Part shown: positions 18,517 to 26,741 of the stretch, in pieces | Numbering within the stretch: position 1 is the first letter of the stretch | How the letters are laid out: every line of letters starts with the position of its first letter | From: Promethearchaeota archaeon | GTDB lineage: Archaea; Asgardarchaeota; Lokiarchaeia; Sigyniarchaeales; SOKP01 | Direction of reading: 5' to 3' | Assembly (NCBI GenBank): GCA_016839765.1 | Contig: JAEOTP010000069.1 | Location: 1-64,000 of the forward strand | DNA: 64,000 nucleotides | Translations under genes and position numbers: made by a program | Notes under the pieces: model-generated | Told to the model about the DNA's origin: nothing | The model's input: the letters and a program-made list of their open reading frames with translations, nothing else | Database searches by the model: none

Positions 18517-19059
18517 ATGAGGGGAAGTAAATATATCGCAATAATTGGTGCTATTTTAGGAATTCTTGTTGTGGTTCTGTTTTACCTTTTACCCGAAGTA
18601 TTTTGTTTATGGCGAATTGAAGCTACAGGGGCAGAATATTTGAAATTATATTTAGGTGGGTTCTATTCTATGGCTTATTCATTTACTTCTTGGCTCTCGC
18701 TAGATATTGAATTTATTCAGACTCCGGATCCACTATTGTTCGTTGTAAGTATTCTAATAGCAGGAGGGTTTGTTATAACACTAATCGGTGGTTTAGAAGG
18801 AAAAAGAAATACAGGAATTGGAGGGGGAATTACTTTGCTATTGGGTCCTATTCTCCTTATGATTGCGTTATTAACCGGAATGGGTACTCTTTTCGGAGAA
18901 TTGGCTTCGATTTTAGGCATGGTTGGACAAAACCTCCTATTTGGAAGCGTGAGTGCAATGGGAACGACTATGAGCTGGGGCTTAGGGCCTGGTTTTTTTG
19001 TGGCCTTAGCAGGGGGAGTTTTAGGAGTAATAGGGGGAGCTCTTATGGAAAGAGAGTAG
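18517..19059 (+). CDS. hypothetical membrane protein (about 4 TM)
   Basis: hydrophobic Gly-rich segments; T-tract downstream. Confidence 0.7.
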   Translation: MRGSKYIAIIGAILGILVVVLFYLLPEVFCLWRIEATGAEYLKLYLGGFYSMAYSFTSWLSLDIEFIQTPDPLLFVVSILIAGGFVITLIGGLEGKRNTGIGGGITLLLGPILLMIALLTGMGTLFGELASILGMVGQNLLFGSVSAMGTTMSWGLGPGFFVALAGGVLGVIGGALMERE

Positions 19060-19343
19060 TCGATTTAATTATTAAGATCTATTCTATTATAAGATTTTTT
19101 TTAAAAAATATTTTTTTTTAACTCCTCGTAAGGGTGGAAAAGAGATGTATACAAAGGTTCAAATGCTTAAGGGATTTAATATTTTCTTTCTCACCAAGTA
19201 AAGATCTGTCAAATTTTTCTTTAAATACTAGTCTTCTGAAGTTATTCTCACAATCGACACAAATGTTAAATATTGATTTATATTCATTTTACATAAGAGT
19301 CTATATGCTCTTGGCGAAAATTAATTGATATGAGTGGAAAAAA

Positions 19344-19790
19344 ATGGAACAAAAAAAATTATTTAATATTGGTACAATTTTACTTCTTGCTACGGTTGTA
19401 GTTTTGGCAATATATGGTATTCTCTATGTAATTACTGGAAGCCCAGCTATTACTGGAGCTTTAGCTTATATCGGAAAGAGTGAAGCGGAGATAAATGCTT
19501 TTGATCCCGAATTGATGATTATACTTAGCTATCAGTTAAGGGTACTAGGAATTGCATACATGAGCCTTGGAATTGCATATATATTTATAATTAACTTTGG
19601 TTTTCGAAAAAAAGAGAAGTGGGCTTGGATAGCTACCCTAATAGCAATTGTTGGTTTTGTTGTACCACTGATGCTCATGAGCATTAGTGTAATGGGTATA
19701 GATATCGATGTAATAATCTTAATCATTGTTCTGATTATTCAGATAGTAGGAGCGATTATAACCTATAAAAGTTTTTTCGGAGCCGAATAA
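19344..19790 (+). CDS. hypothetical 4-TM membrane protein
   Basis: four hydrophobic helices, GFRKKEKWAW loop. Confidence 0.75.
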   Translation: MEQKKLFNIGTILLLATVVVLAIYGILYVITGSPAITGALAYIGKSEAEINAFDPELMIILSYQLRVLGIAYMSLGIAYIFIINFGFRKKEKWAWIATLIAIVGFVVPLMLMSISVMGIDIDVIILIIVLIIQIVGAIITYKSFFGAE

Positions 19791-19868
19791 AGAAGTTATG
19801 GCAGTTATTAATTCTAAAATTTCTTAAAATTTTAAATTTCTTTTTTTTTAAAAAATAACAATTCTCTT

Positions 19869-20000
19869 ATGGAGAATGGCTTTTTTACTGAATTGAGTGA
19901 AAGAGTCAAATTCTCGATTTTATTGGGATTTTATGATGGAGATGGAGAGAGAAATTCATCTAAAATCCACAACTCAAATAAGAAATTTCTCTTTTATTGA
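19869..20000 (+). pseudogene. LAGLIDADG-type endonuclease fragment
   Basis: 43-codon frame MENGFFTELSERVKFSILLGFYDGDGERNSSKIHNSNKKFLFY containing a LLGFYDGDG motif. Confidence 0.55.
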
Positions 20001-20194
20001 AGTCTTGAGAACTTTAGGAGATCATTTATTAATTCTACATGAGCGACGATCATTCTTCTGCAGCAGAACCTTTCAAGGCCTAATTTTGTGAACGCCTCAT
20101 CAGAGCTCTCTCCTTTTTCAATCATTTCAAGATAAGGTTTATAGGTATGGGCGATTAATTTCCCGCAGCTGAAGCAGCGAATTGGAATAATAAT
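19994..20194 (-). CDS. rpoN: DNA-directed RNA polymerase subunit Rpo10 (N), ATT start
   Basis: (I)IIPIRCFSCGKLIAH...LGLERFCCRRMIVAHVELINDLLKF; missed by ORF track. Confidence 0.95.
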   Translation of the reverse strand: MIIPIRCFSCGKLIAHTYKPYLEMIEKGESSDEAFTKLGLERFCCRRMIVAHVELINDLLKFSRLQ

Positions 20195-20429
20195 ATGACA
20201 ACATTCTCCTTGAGTTATAATTACATTGTTATATAGTTAATGATTAAAAAAAAAGTTTTCTAAATTTTTAGATTATAGTTTTTTTAATTGATGATTTACT
20301 GAAATTTTCACGACTCCAATAAGCAGATAAACTTCTCTAATATTATTGTTTGAATTTTGAATTTTTATATTCTTCCAAAACTTATTTCATTCAAAAAAAG
20401 TAGTGATAAGGCTTTGATGGCAAGTTATT

Positions 20430-20612
20430 TTACTGCTTCCCATAAAATGCGGTCCAGCGTGTTTTACGTGGATTTTTCTTATATAACAACATAGCTTTGC
20501 GACATTTTTTCGTACAAAAATTTAGAAGAGTTCCGTCTTTCTTCACAAACATATGTCCTCTTCCGATAGGGATGTCCCATCCACAGAATGAGCACTTTTT
20601 TACTTTAACCAT
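20430..20612 (-). CDS. rpl24e: ribosomal protein eL24
   Basis: CSFCG, GRGHMFVKKDG, FCTKKC, PRKTRWT. Confidence 0.96.
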   Translation of the reverse strand: MVKVKKCSFCGWDIPIGRGHMFVKKDGTLLNFCTKKCRKAMLLYKKNPRKTRWTAFYGKQ

Positions 20613-20643
20613 CCATTCTTCATCTCAAAACTAGTTGAAATAC

Positions 20644-21051
20644 CTATTCCTCTTTTTTAGCCTTGAATAGTTCAGTTTCACCATACTTGACCACACTAAG
20701 ATTAATCAGCGTCATATCAAAAGTTATTTCATTTCCTCGTACCGTTTTTCTTCTTTTTTGCCCTTTTCTTTTAGGCTTATAACCCGTTCCACGTTTAGAA
20801 ACTAAAATCCTTTTCTTAACAGGTCCATGGACATCTCTTCTCATTGGGAATCCACTTGAATCTGAACCGCCAGTGATTTTAAATTCATAATTTGGAAATC
20901 CTACTAAACCTCCCTTAATAGTATCCCCAATTTTCATACCTTCAAATCTGAATTTTTTCTCGTCAATCTCAATTAATTTAGTTAATCCTTTACCGGGACC
21001 TGTATTCCCACCAGAAATATTAAGTTTAAATATTCTTTTCTCTGAACTCAT
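20644..21051 (-). CDS. rps6e: ribosomal protein eS6
   Basis: KITGGSDSSGFPMR, RKTVRGN. Confidence 0.96.
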   Translation of the reverse strand: MSSEKRIFKLNISGGNTGPGKGLTKLIEIDEKKFRFEGMKIGDTIKGGLVGFPNYEFKITGGSDSSGFPMRRDVHGPVKKRILVSKRGTGYKPKRKGQKRRKTVRGNEITFDMTLINLSVVKYGETELFKAKKEE

Positions 21052-21207
21052 ATTTATCAAACTTCTAAAGAGAGAACTACTATGAAAAATCTCCTAAAAC
21101 TTAAAAATTTTATTGATTTCACAATTTCTCTGGCAATTAAACAAAAATAAAAAAATTTATTATGAAGATCATTACCTATAATTATAGAATAGTTGGGATT
21201 TGGTTAA

Positions 21208-22035
21208 ATGCAAATTTTTGAAGTCCTTGAGTTAAGAGAATTTCCCTATTTTTTAACGGTGGAAGTTACTGAAGGAGAAACTGTAAGAGACGTATTAAAT
21301 GATTACAATAGCCATAAAGTTTATTTACTCGTAGATCATGATACTAAAAAAATTCTAACCTATAATGGTCCAATAAGCTCTTTAAAGTTACAAATATTTG
21401 GTGGAATACTTGCAAGTATGCTCCGTAAACAACTTAGATTGTTTTATCGAGTATATCCCTTAAATATATATTCCAGAGAAGATCTTGAATTTCAAGAAAT
21501 TTTAGATAAACCATTGGGAGAAGGGAGGGCTAGATCAATTGAAAAAAGTGATTTTCCTGATCCCACAACAGCTTCAACTACAGGTGATCTCGTCATTCAC
21601 AATCCTCGATTGAAAAAAGTAGTTGAAACCATTAAAGCATATCCCTTGCCTGAAGATTACAAGAGAATTTTTGTGATTATAGGTGGTATATTATATTCAG
21701 AAGAAGATATAACGGAATTATTTCTAAAAGAAGAAAAGGTAAAAAGAGAATTTGTAAAAATGGGGCGGTTAAACAATGGATTTACATTTTTTAATGATCG
21801 CAACTATTCTCTTCGTGTTATTGTTAAAGATCGCGCAATTCAAGGTATTGAGCTCTTTATTCCAGAATATGAAAAATATGACAGTATAAAATTGAAAGTT
21901 CCAGTAATTCCTGAAGAAAAATTTAATAGACCTGGAAAAATCGATTCTTTAATAGAATCTTTCAATATTCCAGAGAAAATTTCAGATGAGAAATTAAATC
22001 AGGGTCGTAACTTAGATCAAAGTAAAAATAATTAA
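21208..22035 (+). CDS. protein with gelsolin-like N-terminal domain (Asgard type)
   Basis: SHKVYLLVDHDTKKILTYNGPISS resembles the gelsolin core (LLD...IYxWxG..SS). Confidence 0.5.
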   Translation: MQIFEVLELREFPYFLTVEVTEGETVRDVLNDYNSHKVYLLVDHDTKKILTYNGPISSLKLQIFGGILASMLRKQLRLFYRVYPLNIYSREDLEFQEILDKPLGEGRARSIEKSDFPDPTTASTTGDLVIHNPRLKKVVETIKAYPLPEDYKRIFVIIGGILYSEEDITELFLKEEKVKREFVKMGRLNNGFTFFNDRNYSLRVIVKDRAIQGIELFIPEYEKYDSIKLKVPVIPEEKFNRPGKIDSLIESFNIPEKISDEKLNQGRNLDQSKNN

Positions 22036-22045
22036 CCAGTTCGAT

Positions 22046-23386
22046 ATGATTTTATTAATTAATCCTAAAACTACTAAACCTACAGAATTTCAGATTAAAT
22101 ATTTTAGGGAACCAAGTTTAGGGATTTTATATTTAGCGGCAGTACTAGATCAAAATAATTTAGATGTAGATATTTTAGATTTAGAACAATTTCTTGATTT
22201 AAAAGATACTAAATTAGAAGAATTAATAATAGAAAAAACTCAAAATTATGAGATAATAGGAATAACTTCACTGACTAATACCTTTAGTTTAGCACTTAAA
22301 TTTGCTAATATTATTAAACACCATGATAGCCGAAAATATGTAATCTTAGGAGGTCCTCATGTTTCATTCCTTTATGAGGAAATTTTACAATCCCAGAATA
22401 TTATTGATTTTATTTGTATAGGTGAATCTGAAAATTCGTTCTTACGATTAGTAGAGATTCTAAGAACAATAATAAATACTAATAAAAAAATTCGGAATTA
22501 TGAATCTTATTTACAAAAAATTAAAGGATTAGCTTTTATTAATTCTGAAAGTAAACTAATTTTTACAGGCTCTCCTAAACCTGTTGATATTGAAACTATT
22601 CCTTTACCAGCACGCTATAAATTAGAACATATTCAACATTATTATAGAGTAGCCAATGTTATCATAAACCGAGGGTGCCCATTCCAGTGTTCATTTTGCT
22701 CCAGACAAAATTTATTTAAAAAAGTTAGGATTAGAAGTATAAGTTCAATTCTCTCTGAAATCAGGGATATTATTTCATACCAAAATTATAATTACATTAA
22801 TTTCTATGATAATATCAATATTGATAAGGATTTCTTCAAGAACTTTTGTAATATGTTCATTGAAAATAATATTAGAATTCCTTGGGGTTGTGAATTAAGA
22901 GTAGATAATATAACTAAGGAAGATGCCCGGCTACTAAAAACTGCTGGATGCGAATTAGTTGCAACAGGGATAGAATCAGCCAGCATTGAAGTTTTAAAGA
23001 GAAACTTTAAATATCAAAATCCAAACGATGTGTTGGAAGGTATTAAACATTTAAAAAAGTATAATATTCCCATCCAAGCTTATTTTGTTTTAGGCTTACC
23101 AGGGGAAACTGAAAAAACCTTTTTTAAAACTATAAATTTCATTAAAAGGTTACCTTTCGATAAGAATGATACAATTAACTATTTTGTAGCAACTCCATAT
23201 CCCGGCTCTCGATTATGGGAAGAACAACAAATATTCAACATAAATATTATTGAAAATGATTTTACTAAATATGACTGTCAACATGTTATTTTTGAAACTG
23301 AGGATCTTGATCTTAATACGCTCCAAAAATTATTAAAAACTGCTAAAGAAATTGAAAAATATAATCTAAAAGCTAGTAACTATTAA
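22046..23386 (+). CDS. B12-binding radical SAM protein
   Basis: GGPH, GESE, RGCPFQCSFC, PYPGS. Confidence 0.92.
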   Translation: MILLINPKTTKPTEFQIKYFREPSLGILYLAAVLDQNNLDVDILDLEQFLDLKDTKLEELIIEKTQNYEIIGITSLTNTFSLALKFANIIKHHDSRKYVILGGPHVSFLYEEILQSQNIIDFICIGESENSFLRLVEILRTIINTNKKIRNYESYLQKIKGLAFINSESKLIFTGSPKPVDIETIPLPARYKLEHIQHYYRVANVIINRGCPFQCSFCSRQNLFKKVRIRSISSILSEIRDIISYQNYNYINFYDNINIDKDFFKNFCNMFIENNIRIPWGCELRVDNITKEDARLLKTAGCELVATGIESASIEVLKRNFKYQNPNDVLEGIKHLKKYNIPIQAYFVLGLPGETEKTFFKTINFIKRLPFDKNDTINYFVATPYPGSRLWEEQQIFNINIIENDFTKYDCQHVIFETEDLDLNTLQKLLKTAKEIEKYNLKASNY

Positions 23387-23429
23387 TTGTATTTTAAGTA
23401 AAGTCTATTATTTTTAAGTTTCTTTAAAT

Positions 23430-23963
23430 TCACCTATAAGGCATACAATAAGGAAACGTTCGATGAAACAATGAAAAAGCAGTTCTTTCTTTACCTTCAT
23501 TGATTAGCTTTCTAACATTTTTTAGATTTTCCTTTTGTTGGATTAATACAGTAGGTTTAATACCCCTAGGTTCTTGATCTTTGCGATATGCTAACTCAGA
23601 TTCAGCTTGGCTTATAGGGTCTAAATCTGGTGGTAAACCAAATTCTTCTTCTATTTGTTGTTGGGTTAATTTATCTGGAAATGTCCTATGGAAATTTGAA
23701 AATGCCTTAATATCATTTCCTTCTTTTAAGAATTTCACTACGTTTTCTAAATTAATCTTTTGGTTACGAATTATCTCTGGTCTATCGCCTCTTCCTTCTT
23801 GTTCTTTAATTAATTTACTTAAAAATTCTAAAATATCCTTTCCATTTTTCTCTTTAAAGTTTCTAAAATCTTTATAACAAAGATCTAAATAATTTCCCTC
23901 TCTCGGGTCTTTAGGATCTTTTTCCATCGATATTATATAATTTTTTGCGGTTACATTACTCAT
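23430..23963 (-). CDS. hypothetical protein with internal two-fold repeat
   Basis: two copies of QKxNLxNVxKxxxEGxxxxAFSxFHRTFP. Confidence 0.7.
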   Translation of the reverse strand: MSNVTAKNYIISMEKDPKDPREGNYLDLCYKDFRNFKEKNGKDILEFLSKLIKEQEGRGDRPEIIRNQKINLENVVKFLKEGNDIKAFSNFHRTFPDKLTQQQIEEEFGLPPDLDPISQAESELAYRKDQEPRGIKPTVLIQQKENLKNVRKLINEGKERTAFSLFHRTFPYCMPYR

Positions 23964-24221
23964 TATCGTTCACCCATTTATTACTCCATTTATTATTATT
24001 AAAATCTTATCTTTATATTCAAAACAATTTACATATTTATAATTTACTAAAATCATGCAATTTCCATTATCTAAAATTAGATTACTAATATTATTTTTCA
24101 AATGAATAATTAGATAATTTTAATAAGAGAGAATTAACTCTAATTTAATGTGGATATTGTATTATTTATATTATCCATAACATACAATAAAATATTAAGA
24201 AAATAATCACTGTGTTTTGGT

Positions 24222-25505
24222 ATGGCAAAACCGGAATATTTTATCGGAGAAGCGCTCATTGGAGAGGCTCCCGATCTTGCCCATATTGACTTAATTATTG
24301 GCTCCAAAGACGGGCCTGTTGGAATTTCTTTTGCAAATGCTCTTAGTTCTCCTTCTATAGGACATGGTGGACTTTTAGCATGCATTAGACCAAATCTTTT
24401 ATCAAAGCCAATAAGCTTAGTTATTCCAAAAGTCACAGTTTCTAAAATGGCAGAGGCTAATAAGATATTTGGTCCAGCTCAAGCTGCTGTGGCTAAAGCA
24501 ATTGCTGATGCTGTTGAGGAGAATCTTATACCAATGAGTAAACTTGATGAATGGGTGTTAATTGTAAGTGTATTTATACATCCTGAGGCAACCAACTACC
24601 GAAAAATTTATCAATATAATTATGGTGCCACTAAATTAGCAATTCAAAGAGCATTAAAAAACTATCCTCCAATAGAGAAAATCTTTTATGATAAAGATCG
24701 TGCGAAACACCCTGTGGCTGGAATAAGAGTTCCTAGACTATGGCGGCCTCCATACATACAAGTAGCGCTAGATCATCCAGTTTTAGAACACCAAATGAGA
24801 GTAGTTAAACAATTACCTAAAAGTGATAGAATTCTCTTAGAAGTTGGAACACCTTTTTTGAAGAAATATGGTATGGAATCGATTAAGAAAATTCGTGAGC
24901 TTGCCCCGCAAAAATTCATCGTCGCTGACCTGAAAACTCTTGATGTGGGTAAATTAGAAGTCGATTTTGCATTCGATGCAACTGCAGATGCTGTGGTTGC
25001 AAGTGGATTAGCATCACCCTCCTCACTCGATAAATTCATATTAGAGGCTCAGCGTCTTGGAATTTATGGATTTGTTGATACTATGGAAGTTGATGATCCT
25101 ATTGGGAAATTAAGTAGTTTAAAACAAACACCAGATGTTGTAATCTTACATAGAGCAATTGATGTTGAGCAAGCTACAGAATCTCAATCTCCGGACGCAG
25201 CACAAAAAGCTAGATGGGCGCTAGTACCAAAAATTAAGGAACTATATAAAGATAAAAAATTAGCTTCAGGTAGAGATCGGGTATTAGTTGCTGTTGCAGG
25301 AGGAATTGAGCCAAAGACTGCGAAATACGCCCTCGCACAAGGTGCAGATATTCTAATAGTAGGAAGATACATAGCTTCCAGTAAAGATATAAAGAATGCG
25401 ATGAGGAACTTTATTAATATATTACCGGGTTATTCTGATATTGATTTAAAAAGAATTCACACTGAAGATGATGATAGCTCTGTAAAGAAACCTACATGGA
25501 ATTAG
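24222..25505 (+). CDS. fae-hps: bifunctional formaldehyde-activating enzyme / 3-hexulose-6-phosphate synthase
   Basis: GEALIGE..AHIDLIIG, FGPAQAAVAKA (Fae); LEVGTP, ADLKTLDVG, AVAGGI, IVGRYI (HPS). Confidence 0.93.
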   Translation: MAKPEYFIGEALIGEAPDLAHIDLIIGSKDGPVGISFANALSSPSIGHGGLLACIRPNLLSKPISLVIPKVTVSKMAEANKIFGPAQAAVAKAIADAVEENLIPMSKLDEWVLIVSVFIHPEATNYRKIYQYNYGATKLAIQRALKNYPPIEKIFYDKDRAKHPVAGIRVPRLWRPPYIQVALDHPVLEHQMRVVKQLPKSDRILLEVGTPFLKKYGMESIKKIRELAPQKFIVADLKTLDVGKLEVDFAFDATADAVVASGLASPSSLDKFILEAQRLGIYGFVDTMEVDDPIGKLSSLKQTPDVVILHRAIDVEQATESQSPDAAQKARWALVPKIKELYKDKKLASGRDRVLVAVAGGIEPKTAKYALAQGADILIVGRYIASSKDIKNAMRNFINILPGYSDIDLKRIHTEDDDSSVKKPTWN

Positions 25506-25553
25506 AAATCTTTTAAAATTTTTTTTAAACCTAGTTTTTTGCTTAACACTCTA

Positions 25554-25826
25554 TTACACTTGATTTAAATCAAAATAATCATTTATTAGGGTATAAAATC
25601 TCTTTAATACCTCTTCTCCTCGTTTTGTTGTTTGATACTTTTTCATGTTACCATCATTTAGTTGTTCAATTAAATTTCGAGATAAGAGAAATTCAAGTGT
25701 CTCCTTTATCGCGCTCGTTTTTAAACGTGTTTTTCGTAATAACCATGTTTGAGTTCTTTTTGCCCTTAAGCAGAATTCCAATACTTCAGCCCAAATTTCG
25801 AACTTACTCCGTCTTGAAGAACTCAT
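25554..25826 (-). CDS. winged-helix transcriptional regulator
   Basis: RRSKFEIWAEVL...YQTTKRG. Confidence 0.85.
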   Translation of the reverse strand: MSSSRRSKFEIWAEVLEFCLRAKRTQTWLLRKTRLKTSAIKETLEFLLSRNLIEQLNDGNMKKYQTTKRGEEVLKRFYTLINDYFDLNQV

Positions 25827-25848
25827 TGATATATCACCATTATAAAAA

Positions 25849-26580
25849 TTACATGGATTCCTCCTCATCAGAAAAAATTGAATTTTCTAAAGATAACTGT
25901 TCTAATTCTTGAGCCCATTCGTTTAATTTGGGAAATAATTGTTCCCATTTAACGATTTCCTTTCTTATTTTAAATGAAGTCATCAAATTTATTAGCCAAA
26001 AGACTAGCATTGATAGAAATAATATTACCATACAAACTTTTATTAAATCATTTACATTTCCAGCATCCAAAAAGCGTGTAATTAAGAAAACTATATAAAA
26101 ACCCGAGATGAAATTAAGGAATAAGAACGTACTCACTAGTTTAATCAAAGTTGTTTTTTCTTTTGAATAACGATTAAAAAACGCATAAAAATTGGTAATA
26201 TATGGGACAATTCCATCGTAGAGAGCAGTTCGTGTTTGTTCTTTTCCTTTAGTCTGTTTAAGAGAACGGTTTCCTCTGATAATGAACAAACCATAAAAGA
26301 TTATCTGTATTCCTATTTGAATAATTAGTAATGAAAGAACCGCAGTTAGAATAATAGTCACTATGGTTCCAAATAAGCCATATCTTTGAGATAGATCTGT
26401 TGTCGCTTGTCCTATAACCAGTAAATATATCCATAGAATAATAATCCCTACAGCAAAAGAAAATAACAAGATTAACGACGAGAAATGGATTTTAAATAAC
26501 TGATTTATTCTTATAAATTTTGTATATAATGATTGTTGGCTTTTAATTAATCCATTTTTTTCATTCTCGATTTTTTCCAT
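25849..26580 (-). CDS. hypothetical 4-TM membrane protein
   Basis: four TM segments; AGGTGA SD. Confidence 0.7.
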   Translation of the reverse strand: MEKIENEKNGLIKSQQSLYTKFIRINQLFKIHFSSLILLFSFAVGIIILWIYLLVIGQATTDLSQRYGLFGTIVTIILTAVLSLLIIQIGIQIIFYGLFIIRGNRSLKQTKGKEQTRTALYDGIVPYITNFYAFFNRYSKEKTTLIKLVSTFLFLNFISGFYIVFLITRFLDAGNVNDLIKVCMVILFLSMLVFWLINLMTSFKIRKEIVKWEQLFPKLNEWAQELEQLSLENSIFSDEEESM

Positions 26581-26741
26581 AATTTCACCTTAGAAGTTAT
26601 TATGATATACAAGGGAGCAAAAATATTTAAGTATGTAAGGGTAAATCGTGGCTAGGGATCTATAATCCTTATTTGAAATATTTTACCATTTTTAATAACT
26701 AGGTTATTCAAAAAAATAAAAAATAGAGGAAAAAACGAGAT

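Noticed and set aside
19134-20091. ORF-track entries 19134-19328 and 19897-20091 (+)
   Set aside because: No motifs. The second overlaps rpoN antisense and is out of frame with the LAGLIDADG-like fragment.
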